64,000 nt of DNA from an uncultured Gemmatimonadales bacterium. Lineage in GTDB: Bacteria > Gemmatimonadota > Gemmatimonadetes > Gemmatimonadales > GWC2-71-9. Location of the stretch: assembly GCA_963779755.1 (NCBI GenBank), contig CAVZZO010000003.1:1664001-1728000 (forward strand), read 5' to 3'. Shown here piece after piece: positions 8,104 through 16,972 of this stretch. Each line of letters starts with the position of its first letter. The stretch's first letter is position 1. The position numbers were made by a program, and so were the translations under genes. Under the pieces are notes generated by a model, which saw only the letters and a program-made list of their open reading frames with translations, searched no databases and was not told the origin of the DNA.

Positions 8104-9454
8104 CTTCAACAAACGTCGCCGAGAAGTGCCGCAGCGTCGGCGGGTTGTTGGTCATCCGCAGGCCACGCAGCGTTTCCCGGCACTGATACAACTCCCCCAT
8201 TGCCTCCACCACATAGTCAATGTGGCTCTGGGTGTAAACCCGCCGGGGGATGGCGAGCCGCACCAGTTCCAATGCCGGAGCCGTCTCGCCGCCACCGAAC
8301 ATGACGCTCCCGATCTCCACGGCGCGGATGCCGGCCTGCCGGTACAGCCCGCATACCAGCGCCTGGCCCGGGAACTCGGCCGGCGGGATCCGGGGACACA
8401 GCCCGCCCGCATCCACATAGACGGCATGGCCGCCCGGCGGCTCGATGATGGGATAGCCGATCTCCCGCAGGCGCTCGCCCAGGTATTCCACCGAGCGCAG
8501 GCGGTAGGCGAGATAATCCTCGTGGACCACTTCTTCGAAGCCCTGAGCCATGGCCTCCAGGTCGCGGCCCGCCAGCCCGCCGTAGGTAACGAATCCCTCG
8601 GTCAGGATCAGCAGCGAGCCGGCGCGCTGCGCCAGCTCCGGATCGCGCAGCAGCAGCACGCCGCCGATGTTCACCAGGCCGTCCTTCTTGGCGCTGATGG
8701 TGGCGCCGTCGGCCAGATCGAACATCTCGCGGACGATCGCCCGTACCGGGCGGTCCGACTGCCCCGGCTCGCGCAGCTTGATGAAATAGGCGTTCTCGGC
8801 GAACCGGCAGGCATCGAGAAAGAGCGGGATGCCGTACCGGTCGCACAGGGCCCGGACCGCCCGGAGATTCTCCAGGCTCACCGGCTGTCCCCCGCCCGAG
8901 TTGTTGGTCACCGTGACCATGCAGAGCGGAATCCGCTCCGCCCCCACCTCGTCGATCAGCGCCTGCAGCCGCGCCACATCCATGTTGCCCTTGAAGGGAT
9001 GGCGGCTGGAGGGCTGCCGGCCCTCGGCGATGACCAGATCCACCGCCCGCGCGCCGGAATGCTCCACGTTGGCGCGGGTGGTATCGAAGTGATTGTTGTT
9101 GGGCACGACCTTGCCCGGGCCGCCCATCAGCTCGAACAGAATCCGCTCGCTGGCGCGGCCCTGGTGCGTGGGAAGCGCGTGCGGAAATCCGGTCAGCTCC
9201 GCCAGCTTGGCCTCGAACCGGTAGAAGCTCTCGGCCCCGGCGTACGACTCGTCGCCCTGCATGATGCCGGCCCACTGGAGGCTGCTCATGGCCCCGGTAC
9301 CGCTGTCGGTGAGCAGGTCGATGAGCACGTCGCGCGCGCGGATGTTGAACACATTGAACCGGGCGCGCCGCAGGATCTCCTCCCGTTCCTCCCGGGTGGT
9401 GAGCCGCAGCGGCTCCACCACCTTGATGCGAAACGGCTCGATGATGGTCCGCAT
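8099..9454 (-). CDS. tnaA: Tryptophanase (beta-eliminating PLP lyase)
   Basis: EPFRIKVVEP, DLLTDSGT, HQGRA and SAKKDG (PLP lysine). Tryptophanase-type residues HFDTT, AVEIG and LRHF rather than tyrosine phenol-lyase FTTT, MERG and LRFF. Confidence 0.8.
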   Translation of the reverse strand: MRTIIEPFRIKVVEPLRLTTREEREEILRRARFNVFNIRARDVLIDLLTDSGTGAMSSLQWAGIMQGDESYAGAESFYRFEAKLAELTGFPHALPTHQGRASERILFELMGGPGKVVPNNNHFDTTRANVEHSGARAVDLVIAEGRQPSSRHPFKGNMDVARLQALIDEVGAERIPLCMVTVTNNSGGGQPVSLENLRAVRALCDRYGIPLFLDACRFAENAYFIKLREPGQSDRPVRAIVREMFDLADGATISAKKDGLVNIGGVLLLRDPELAQRAGSLLILTEGFVTYGGLAGRDLEAMAQGFEEVVHEDYLAYRLRSVEYLGERLREIGYPIIEPPGGHAVYVDAGGLCPRIPPAEFPGQALVCGLYRQAGIRAVEIGSVMFGGGETAPALELVRLAIPRRVYTQSHIDYVVEAMGELYQCRETLRGLRMTNNPPTLRHFSATFVEV

Positions 9455-9460
9455 GGAGGC

Positions 9461-9904
9461 TTAGCCCAGCAGGGCGCCGACCTGCCTCAGGCCGGTCTCG
9501 CCCAGGAGGGTACGCGCCAGGGGGAAGAGCACCTGATCTTCCCGCTCGATGTGGGCCCGGAGGAGACCGACCAGCGCATGGGCCGGCGGCCCCACCCCGG
9601 CCGCCGGCTCCGGGGACTCGAGCGCGTCCGCCAGCTGCTGCTCCAGCTCGCGCAGCTCGGCATGTTCCTCGACGAAGACGCCCGTGGGAGCCTCCTCGCC
9701 CAGCAGGCGGAAGAGCGCCCGCTCCTCGTTCTCGTTGTGCTGCCGGACGGCACTGGAGATGAACCGGTGCGCTTCGCGGATCCGGACCAGATTCAGGGTG
9801 AGGCTCTCGCCCCGCTCCACCTCCACGACGGCGGACTCCAGCTCGTCCAGCACGCGCAGCGCGTGCCGGTGCTCCTCTTCAAAACGGGTGATGGGATCGT
9901 CCAT
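9461..9904 (-). CDS. Hemerythrin-like (HHE) domain protein
   Basis: EEEH...HNENEERALF...EEH...HIEREDQVLFP pattern. Start at MDDPI (alternative GTG 9919). Confidence 0.85.
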   Translation of the reverse strand: MDDPITRFEEEHRHALRVLDELESAVVEVERGESLTLNLVRIREAHRFISSAVRQHNENEERALFRLLGEEAPTGVFVEEHAELRELEQQLADALESPEPAAGVGPPAHALVGLLRAHIEREDQVLFPLARTLLGETGLRQVGALLG

Positions 9905-9915
9905 GGTCCTGTCCT

Positions 9916-10935
9916 TCACGGCGTCGCGACCCAGCGGATTCCCTCGCCTCGCCGCAGGCGGTCGAATCCCTGGTTGATCTCCGCCAGCGGGACGGTCCCG
10001 CTGACGATGGGGCCGAGCCGCAGCCGGCCCGCTTCGACCAGCCCGAGAATCTCGGCATATTCCGACCCGCAGCAGCCCAGGCTGCCCACGATTTCCATTT
10101 CGTGGTACATCAGCTTGCCGGCGGCCAGCGCGGCGGGCTCGTGGGAGAATCCGATCACGCAGAGGCGGCCGCCCCGGCGCAGCAGGCTGAATGCCAGCTC
10201 GATCGTCGCCGGCCGGCCGATGGCCTCGAAGGCGATATCCACCCCCCCGTCGCTGAGCGCCCGGATTTCCTTGTCGGGGCGCGGCACCGAGCTGGGATTG
10301 AGCGTGGCCGTGGCGCCCAGACCCCGGGCCGCGGCCAGCCGCTCCTCGTTCACATCGAGCGCGATGACCCGGGCCCCCGCCACCACCGAACACTGCACCA
10401 CGTTGAGGCCCACCCCGCCGCAGCCCACCACCGCAACCACATCACCGGCCCGGACCCGGCCCCGGTATTTCACCGCATGGTAGGGGGTGCTGATAGCGTC
10501 GGCAATGATACACGCCTGCTCCAGCGGGAGGTCGGCGGGAACCGGGATCAGAATGTCCGCGGGCACGCGCACGTACTCCGCATAGGCGCCATCGATGTTG
10601 TTGCCCAGCATGATCAGCTGGTCGCAGAGATTGTCCCGCCCCTGGCGGCAATAGCGGCACCGGCCGCAGGCGTACACCGAGGGAATGAGCACCCGGTCGC
10701 CTTCGGCGCGGCCGCTCACCCCGGACCCCAGCGCGGCCACTGTCCCGGCAGCCTCGTGCCCCAGAATGAGCGGCGGCGGCTTGAAGGTCTTGACGCCGTG
10801 ATCGAGATAGTGCAGGTCCGTGTGACACAGCCCGCATCCCGCCACCTGTACCACGACCTCGCCCGGCCCGGCGACCGGATCGGGCACGGTGGTGACGTCG
10901 AGTCCGCCATTCCCACGATAGACCGCTGCTCGCAT
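9916..10935 (-). CDS. had: Zn-dependent alcohol dehydrogenase, probable 6-hydroxycyclohex-1-ene-1-carbonyl-CoA dehydrogenase
   Basis: GCGLCHTDLHY, GHEAAG, CGRCRYCRQGRDNLC, ADAISTPYHAV and GCGGVG motifs; operon context with dch, oah and bcr. Confidence 0.75.
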   Translation of the reverse strand: MRAAVYRGNGGLDVTTVPDPVAGPGEVVVQVAGCGLCHTDLHYLDHGVKTFKPPPLILGHEAAGTVAALGSGVSGRAEGDRVLIPSVYACGRCRYCRQGRDNLCDQLIMLGNNIDGAYAEYVRVPADILIPVPADLPLEQACIIADAISTPYHAVKYRGRVRAGDVVAVVGCGGVGLNVVQCSVVAGARVIALDVNEERLAAARGLGATATLNPSSVPRPDKEIRALSDGGVDIAFEAIGRPATIELAFSLLRRGGRLCVIGFSHEPAALAAGKLMYHEMEIVGSLGCCGSEYAEILGLVEAGRLRLGPIVSGTVPLAEINQGFDRLRRGEGIRWVATP

Positions 10936-10969
10936 TGCCTTTTCTCCCAGTCCTTTCTTTCTCCCGCCC

Positions 10970-11074
10970 GCCCTCGCCGAACCTCCCTCCGCACGCCGAC
11001 GGATCGCTTCGCGGCGATTCGATCCCCATCCACCGGTGGGCGCTCCTGACGCGCTGCGGGAGGCATCGGCTTCG
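10970..11074 (-). repeat. Hairpin repeat element A, copy inside the bcr operon
   Basis: Reverse complement is near-identical to 2748-2854. Confidence 0.85.
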
Positions 11075-11107
11075 GCCGGGGAGGGCCTTCCGGCGCAGTC
11101 CTATCTC

Positions 11108-11365
11108 TCAGTCCTTTTCTCTCGTCTCTTTTCTTGTATAGATCGTCGTGAACCTGAGCAGCGACACGATCCGGCAGTCGGTGCAATCCTCCGGCAGCTC
11201 GGCCGGCCGGACCGCCTGCTCCAGGACCTCGTACCCCAGCTGCCGGTACAGGCCCGCCGCTTCCGCGGCCCGGGGACCGGCGGCGGTGAAGCGGCGTTCC
11301 CAGCCTGCCGCCACCAGCTCGGGGTCGGGCGGCGGCTCCGGAAGGAACCTCTCTTCTTCCGGCAC
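11108..11365 (-). CDS. Small hypothetical protein with CxxC
   Basis: 85 aa, directly abuts the upstream stop; GWERRF..LYRQLGYEV..CTDC..TIYTRK. Confidence 0.7.
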   Translation of the reverse strand: MPEEERFLPEPPPDPELVAAGWERRFTAAGPRAAEAAGLYRQLGYEVLEQAVRPAELPEDCTDCRIVSLLRFTTIYTRKETREKD

Positions 11366-12172
11366 TCAGGCCTCCGCCGCGGCCAGCCGGCTGGCGCGCT
11401 GCCGCGCCAGCAGCCCCGCCCCCAGAGCGGCGGTGAACTGCACCAGGTCGCCCGGGGGCACGTTGACCTCGGCGCCGAGCTGCTCCCGCACCACGTCGAC
11501 CATGCGGCTGAATCGCAGGATCCCGCCGATCAGCGTGAACTCCGGCTCCATGCGCACCCGCTTCATGAGCTGCACCGACCGGCCCACCAGCGACACGATG
11601 GCGCCGTGCATGATGTCGGCGGGCGCCACGCCTTCGGAGAGATGGTTGATGACCTCCGACTCGGCGAACACGGCGCACACCCCGGAGATCGGGATCGCGT
11701 TGCGGGAGGTGACTACCAGCGGGCCGATCTCTTCGGTGCCGTAGCCCATGTACCGCGCCGTCTTCTCCAGGAACGCACCGGTGCCCGCGGCGCATTTGTC
11801 GTTGAGCCGGAAGGAGGCGACCTTGCGGCGGTCGTCCAGCCGGCTGGCTTTCATGGTCTGGCCGCCCACATCCAGCACCGTGCGGGTAGCCGGAAAGAGG
11901 TGCGCCGCGCCGCGGGCGCCGGCGGTCAGATCGGTAACCTGGGCATCGGTCTGGCCCGCATGGTGGCGGCCGAACCCGGTGGCCACCACATAGGCCAGCT
12001 CCTCCCGGCTGGTCCCCGCCGCCGCCGCCGCTCGGCGCAGCGTCCGGTCGGCCACCTCCGGCAGCCGGAACCCGGTGGGCTCCATGGCACGCGCCAGCAT
12101 CTCGCCGCGCTCATCCAGAATCACGGCTTTGGTATAGGTGGAGCCGATATCGACCCCCGCGACGCGCATCAT
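11366..12172 (-). CDS. Benzoyl-CoA reductase / 2-hydroxyacyl-CoA dehydratase ATP-dependent activator subunit (BcrD/BadG-like)
   Basis: [33 protein letters not shown] and [10 protein letters not shown] motifs. Confidence 0.9.
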   Translation of the reverse strand: MMRVAGVDIGSTYTKAVILDERGEMLARAMEPTGFRLPEVADRTLRRAAAAAGTSREELAYVVATGFGRHHAGQTDAQVTDLTAGARGAAHLFPATRTVLDVGGQTMKASRLDDRRKVASFRLNDKCAAGTGAFLEKTARYMGYGTEEIGPLVVTSRNAIPISGVCAVFAESEVINHLSEGVAPADIMHGAIVSLVGRSVQLMKRVRMEPEFTLIGGILRFSRMVDVVREQLGAEVNVPPGDLVQFTAALGAGLLARQRASRLAAAEA

Positions 12173-12987
12173 GCGACCTCCCCGCCCGCGGGCACGGGCC
12201 GGCGACTGGCCAGGATGTGATCCAGCGCGAACAGCGCCGCGCCCAGCGCTCCCATGTAGTGCGACTCGGGGCTCACATTCACCGGCTGGCCCAGCCGCTC
12301 GGTCAGGGTGGCGATCATGGCCACGTTACGCGCCACGCCGCCGGTGAAGGTGACCTCGGACTCGACGCCCACCCGCCGGAGCAGCCCGGCCGACCGGCCG
12401 GCGATGGACTGGTGTACGCCGAGCAGGATATCCTCGATCTTCTTGCCGCGGCCCAGCCAGGAGAGGATCTCGGACTCGGCGAAGACGGTGCAGGTGGTGG
12501 TGATCTTCACCGGCCGCTCGCCCCGGAGCGCCGTGGGGCCTAGCTGGTCCAGCGGGATATCCAGCGCGCTGGAGGCGGCGCCCAGGAACCGGCCGGTGCC
12601 CGCGGCGCACTTGTCGTTCATGCAGAAGTCCACGATCTCGCCGTTGGGCGAGACCCGGATCGCCTTGGTATCCTGGCCCCCCATATCTACCACGGTGCGC
12701 GTGGCGGGGAACATCTGGACCGCCCCGCGGCCATGACAGCTGATCTCGGTCACCTGGGTATTCCCGAAAGTGACCTTGTAGCGGCCGTAGCCCGTCCCCA
12801 CCACGTACTCCACCTCTTCCTCCCGCAGGCCGCCATCGGCCAGCGCCATGGCGAAGGCCTGTGCCGCCGCCTGGATGACGTTGGCGCCGGTCTCCGTGAG
12901 CGCGCGGCCTACGATCCGGCGCTCCTCGTTAATCACCACCGCCTTGGTCTGGGTGGACCCGACGTCCACGCCCGCGGCCAGTGCCAT
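12169..12987 (-). CDS. Benzoyl-CoA reductase ATP-dependent activator subunit (BcrA/BadF-like, short form)
   Basis: [47 protein letters not shown] and CTVFAESE motifs. Confidence 0.9.
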   Translation of the reverse strand: MALAAGVDVGSTQTKAVVINEERRIVGRALTETGANVIQAAAQAFAMALADGGLREEEVEYVVGTGYGRYKVTFGNTQVTEISCHGRGAVQMFPATRTVVDMGGQDTKAIRVSPNGEIVDFCMNDKCAAGTGRFLGAASSALDIPLDQLGPTALRGERPVKITTTCTVFAESEILSWLGRGKKIEDILLGVHQSIAGRSAGLLRRVGVESEVTFTGGVARNVAMIATLTERLGQPVNVSPESHYMGALGAALFALDHILASRRPVPAGGEVA

Positions 12988-13002
12988 ATTTCCTCCCTCC
13001 GG

Positions 13003-14304
13003 CTAGGCGCCGGCCAGCGCCGACTGGCGCCGGCGGGTCGCCAGCCCTTCGAAGAATGCATCCACGCGGTTCTTGAGCTGCGCTTCGGACACCACCCGCC
13101 GGTCCATCATGTCCGACTCGATGAACAGGCTGGGTGCTCCGCTGGCCTCCATCAGGGCGCGGCGGCTGTCCGCCAGCCCGGTGGACACCGTGCGGCAGCT
13201 CTTGATGGGGTGGTACACCACGCCGTCGGCGTGATAGTCGCCCAGCATGTGCAGCAGGATGCGGGTCTGGTGGAACATGCTGTCCATCGCGTCGCGCACC
13301 CCCAGCAGCACGCCTTCGGCCAGGCTGTCGAGCGGGCTGGCCATGTCGTACTGATAGCCCAGGTTGGCGCCCCCGGAGGCGAACCAGAGGTAGGTGGAAT
13401 TGACGAACGTCCCGCCCTGGCCGGAGAAGAACTCCTGGAAGCGGCGGAAGATGGGATAGCAGGGCACGCCGGCGAACAGCAGCCGGAACTGCTCCTCGTT
13501 CAGCGTGCCGATCCCGTGCAGCGCCTTGTACTCCATCTCCTCCACCAGCTGGTCGAAAAACTCCGCGCCCTCCGCGCTGCCCCGGAACCCGTTGGCCACG
13601 CCGAGATAGATGGTGCCCTCCGACAGGGCGTCGAACACGGCCGGGCGGCTGGCGTTCAGCTGCAGCAGGCGCTGCCAGCCCCGGCTCATGGTGTTGGCGT
13701 GTCCCAGCGTCTCGCGCAGCCGGTCGATATCGAACGGCCGGCCGGTGGTACGCTCGCAGAGCGCGATCACCTCGTCCAGCTGCGAGCGGACATAGCGGCG
13801 GTCGTTCTCGAAATCCGGATCGCCCGGGCCCGGCCTGGTCACGGAGGAACGCGAGCCGGGCACGTCGAGCGTGAGCGTGGGGATGTGATACATCCGCTCC
13901 CAGATCTCCGCCCATTTGATGTAGGTGTTGCAGGCGTTGGTGGCGATGGCGAACGCGGGCTTGGGGATCCGGCCCATGGGGTGCGCCCCGCCCCGCAACT
14001 GCAGCGCCACGTCGGCCTTGACGTAGCCGCAGATGTCGGGCGAGTAGCCGTAGTCTTCCGCCTCATTGAGGTACTCGTGCGCGACGTGCCGCACCGCGGT
14101 CTGCAGTGAGTTGATTTCGGGAAATACCGTGGGGATATCGAACGACCGCAGCAGCTCCGCCAGGCTGCCCATCACGAAGACATATGCCGCCGGCGCCTGC
14201 GTCTCCGCCGCCTGCGTCAGCTCCTCGTACCACTTCCGGAAGAGGCGGCCCCCTTCCCGGTTGCCGCGCCCCACCAGGGAATCCCGGCTGTCCGGTCCCG
14301 TCAT
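13003..14304 (-). CDS. bcrB: Benzoyl-CoA reductase subunit B-like (HgdA/BcrB family)
   Basis: SPDICGYVKAD, FDIDRLRE, FRGS, IKSC and FIESDMMDRR..KNR resemble Thauera-type BcrB as I recall it; 433 aa. Confidence 0.75.
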   Translation of the reverse strand: MTGPDSRDSLVGRGNREGGRLFRKWYEELTQAAETQAPAAYVFVMGSLAELLRSFDIPTVFPEINSLQTAVRHVAHEYLNEAEDYGYSPDICGYVKADVALQLRGGAHPMGRIPKPAFAIATNACNTYIKWAEIWERMYHIPTLTLDVPGSRSSVTRPGPGDPDFENDRRYVRSQLDEVIALCERTTGRPFDIDRLRETLGHANTMSRGWQRLLQLNASRPAVFDALSEGTIYLGVANGFRGSAEGAEFFDQLVEEMEYKALHGIGTLNEEQFRLLFAGVPCYPIFRRFQEFFSGQGGTFVNSTYLWFASGGANLGYQYDMASPLDSLAEGVLLGVRDAMDSMFHQTRILLHMLGDYHADGVVYHPIKSCRTVSTGLADSRRALMEASGAPSLFIESDMMDRRVVSEAQLKNRVDAFFEGLATRRRQSALAGA

Positions 14305-14316
14305 GGCGTCGCCCCC

Positions 14317-15501
14317 TTACTCGAAGAGTATGTTCTCGAGGAAGGTCTCCAGCTGGACCTCGAGATGGTCGGTGCTGGACATGTTCTCCTCGAACTCGCT
14401 CACGAAGTACGGAATCCCTTCCCGGTCCAGGGTGCGGGTATACACCACCTGCTCCTCCAGGCCCGGCTCGCACATCTTCGCGGCCGTGATGATGGCGGCG
14501 CCCGCCCCGGCCCCGCGGATCCGGCGCAGCAGCATGTCTTCCTTGGGCTTGCGGGGATCGTGCTGCACCGGGCTGTGGCTGGACTGTTCCAGATAGGCAT
14601 GCGCCAGGTTGGCCAGCGGATCGCCCTCCAGCGGCACGTCGGTCAGCAACCAGCGAAGCCCGATGAGCAGGTCGTCGTCCACCACGTAACAACTCCGTCC
14701 GATCGCCCGGATCAGATCCAGCGGCGGCTGCTCGCAGAAGCCCCCCTCCAGCACCACCCGGATCTTGTCCTGCCGGCGGCGCACGCGGCGGGAGAGCTGC
14801 GGCAGCACCTCGGCGAGCAGGGCATTGTGCTCCTCCCGCGGCAAGACCCCGCCGATCGCCGTGAGGATGTAGGCTTCATCCGCCGACACCTGCCACGGCA
14901 TTTCGCGTTTGAGCACGTAGAGGTCGCGGAGCAGCGAGCGGTTCCGGTTGAAGACGCCAAGCGAGTGGCGCAGGGCCTCGTCGGTCACCGGCCTGCCGGC
15001 CACCGCCTCGATGGTGCGGCGCAGGCGGTCGTACTCGCCGCGCAGCCACCCGGCCGCGGCGGGTGAGTCCGCGTGCTGCGGCAGGTAGAGGATCTCGCAG
15101 GGATAGGAGAAGTTCCGTTCCCAGACGGCGGCCAGGTTGCGCGCCGCATCGCAGATCGGATGGGTCACGAACAGATCCAGCTCCACTCTCGCCGAGAGGG
15201 CCAGCTCCAGGGACGTCTTCACGATCGAGCAGAGATAGGACCCGAACCGCGAATCCGCCTGGGTGGGCTCGATGGGAGCGCCACGCATCTTGAACGGCAG
15301 CATCCCGGCGGCGTGGACGATCTCTTCCGGGAAATAGACCTGGAAATGCCCCACCACCTTGCCGCCGCGCTCCCGCCAGCGGCGCACCGTGGGGAAGGAC
15401 GTATCCTCCAGCAGCTCCCGGCACTGCTGCAGCACGATATTCAGCGGCTGGCCCGACCAGCCCTCGAACAACGGTTCTGACATGACAGGCTCCCGGCTCA
15501 T
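14317..15501 (-). CDS. bcrC: Benzoyl-CoA reductase subunit C-like (HgdB/BcrC family)
   Basis: PEEIVHAAGMLP, ICDAARNL, FCEQPPLDLI, CYVVDDD and MCEPGL resemble Thauera-type BcrC. Confidence 0.8.
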   Translation of the reverse strand: MSREPVMSEPLFEGWSGQPLNIVLQQCRELLEDTSFPTVRRWRERGGKVVGHFQVYFPEEIVHAAGMLPFKMRGAPIEPTQADSRFGSYLCSIVKTSLELALSARVELDLFVTHPICDAARNLAAVWERNFSYPCEILYLPQHADSPAAAGWLRGEYDRLRRTIEAVAGRPVTDEALRHSLGVFNRNRSLLRDLYVLKREMPWQVSADEAYILTAIGGVLPREEHNALLAEVLPQLSRRVRRRQDKIRVVLEGGFCEQPPLDLIRAIGRSCYVVDDDLLIGLRWLLTDVPLEGDPLANLAHAYLEQSSHSPVQHDPRKPKEDMLLRRIRGAGAGAAIITAAKMCEPGLEEQVVYTRTLDREGIPYFVSEFEENMSSTDHLEVQLETFLENILFE

Positions 15502-16262
15502 CGGTGGCTCCAGGCCGGCACGCGCTTCTCCTGAAACGCCTGCAGCCCTTCGACGGCATCGGCCGTGGCCATCAGGGATTCGATATAGATCTGTTGCGCG
15601 CTGCGGAGGGCCGCCGCCCGGCTGCCGGCGCTCCCGGCCAGCAGCGCGCGCCGCGCCAGCCGCACCGCGGCCGCGCTGTGCCGCGCGATCCGCTCCCCCA
15701 GTTCCTCGGCCGCGGGCTCCACGTCGTCGTCCGGCACCACGCGGTAGACCAGCCCGTAGTCACGCGCCTCCGCCGCGCGGATCGGGTCGCCCGTCAGAAT
15801 GATGGAGGCCGCCACGGCATGGCCACAGCGTTCCGGCAGGAGCGCGCAGGCCGCCGGCGGAAAGACGCCCAGGGCAATTTCGGGATGGCCGAACACCGCG
15901 CTTTCACCGGCGATGACCAGGTCCGCCGCCTGCACCAGCTCGAAGCCGCCGCCCAGACACTTGCCCCGGACCGCCGCGATCACCGGCAACGGCCCGTCGG
16001 CCAGCGCCGATACGGTGCGGACGAACTCGGGGATCATGGTCTCGTATTCCGGCGGCAGATGCTCGCCCACGTCGGCGCCCGCCGAGAAGTGCCGGCCTTC
16101 TGCGGTCAACAGAATGACCCGCAGGTCCGCGGTCGCGACCAGCCGGTCCACCGCCTTCTGCAGCGCGACCAGCGTGTTGCGCGTCAGGATGTTGAGCGGA
16201 GGGGTGGCGAGAATGATCCGGCCGATGCCGTTGGCCGCCCGTACATGAATACCGCCGTTCAT
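15498..16262 (-). CDS. dch: Crotonase-family protein, probable cyclohexa-1,5-diene-1-carbonyl-CoA hydratase
   Basis: PPLNIL, HFSAGADVGEH, CLGGGFEL, PEIALGVFPP and LMATADAVEGL motifs; operon context. Confidence 0.75.
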   Translation of the reverse strand: MNGGIHVRAANGIGRIILATPPLNILTRNTLVALQKAVDRLVATADLRVILLTAEGRHFSAGADVGEHLPPEYETMIPEFVRTVSALADGPLPVIAAVRGKCLGGGFELVQAADLVIAGESAVFGHPEIALGVFPPAACALLPERCGHAVAASIILTGDPIRAAEARDYGLVYRVVPDDDVEPAAEELGERIARHSAAAVRLARRALLAGSAGSRAAALRSAQQIYIESLMATADAVEGLQAFQEKRVPAWSHR

Positions 16263-16972
16263 CAGGCCACCTCCCCCAGAAGCTGGCCGCCATCCACCGG
16301 GATCACGGCGCCGGTGATGAATCCGCCGCCCTCCCCGCAGAGGAAACGCGTCACCCGGCCGATGTCCTCCGGCCGGCCCATCCGGCCCAGCGGAGTGCGG
16401 GCCACGGCGCGCTGCCGCAGATCCTCCGGCATCGCCCGGGTCATGTCGGTATCGATGAAGCCGGGAGCGATGACGTTGACCGTGACGCCGTCGCGCGCAA
16501 GCTCCAGCGCCAGCGATCGGGCCAGCCCGATCAGCCCGGCCTTGGAGGCGGCATAGTTGGTCTGGCCCAGCCGTCCGCGGATCCCGTTGATGGACCCGAG
16601 CAGCACCACCCGCCCCATGGGTGAGCGGCGCAGAAGCGGCAAGGCCGCCCGGACGGCGAGAAAGGCGCCGGTCAGGTTGACGTCGAGCACCGCGCGCCAG
16701 TCGGCCTCTTCCATCTTCCAGCTCACCCGGTCGCGGGTAATCCCGGCAGCGCAGACCAGCCAGTCGAGTGCCTGCCGTTCCTCCTCCACCCGCCCCACGG
16801 CGCGGCGGAGGTCGTCCAGGCTGGTGACATCCCCCTCGAGCGTGAGCGAGGCGGGCGAGGCGGCGGGAAATGCCCGGTCCACCGCGGCCACCCAGGCATC
16901 CTCCGCCAGGGCCTCCGCGATGGCGTGGCCGATGCCGCGCCCCGCGCCGGTTACGAGAGCGGTGCGCCGCAT
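16262..16972 (-). CDS. SDR (FabG-like) oxidoreductase, possibly 3-hydroxyacyl-CoA (e.g. 3-hydroxypimeloyl-CoA) dehydrogenase
   Basis: TGAGRGIG, AGITRD, NYAASK and PGFIDTDMT motifs. Start at MRRTALV. Confidence 0.8.
   Translation of the reverse strand: MRRTALVTGAGRGIGHAIAEALAEDAWVAAVDRAFPAASPASLTLEGDVTSLDDLRRAVGRVEEERQALDWLVCAAGITRDRVSWKMEEADWRAVLDVNLTGAFLAVRAALPLLRRSPMGRVVLLGSINGIRGRLGQTNYAASKAGLIGLARSLALELARDGVTVNVIAPGFIDTDMTRAMPEDLRQRAVARTPLGRMGRPEDIGRVTRFLCGEGGGFITGAVIPVDGGQLLGEVA

Noticed and set aside
8099..9454. Tyrosine phenol-lyase assignment (phenol feeding benzoyl-CoA)
   Set aside because: Lacks the TPL-specific Arg (MERG), Thr (FTTT) and Phe (LRFF) residues; not fully excluded without an assay.
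8033..10483. Long antisense ORFs (e.g. 816 aa here, 630 aa at 751-2643, 689 aa at 26324-28393)
   Set aside because: Shadow ORFs opposite well-supported genes, expected in high-GC DNA.
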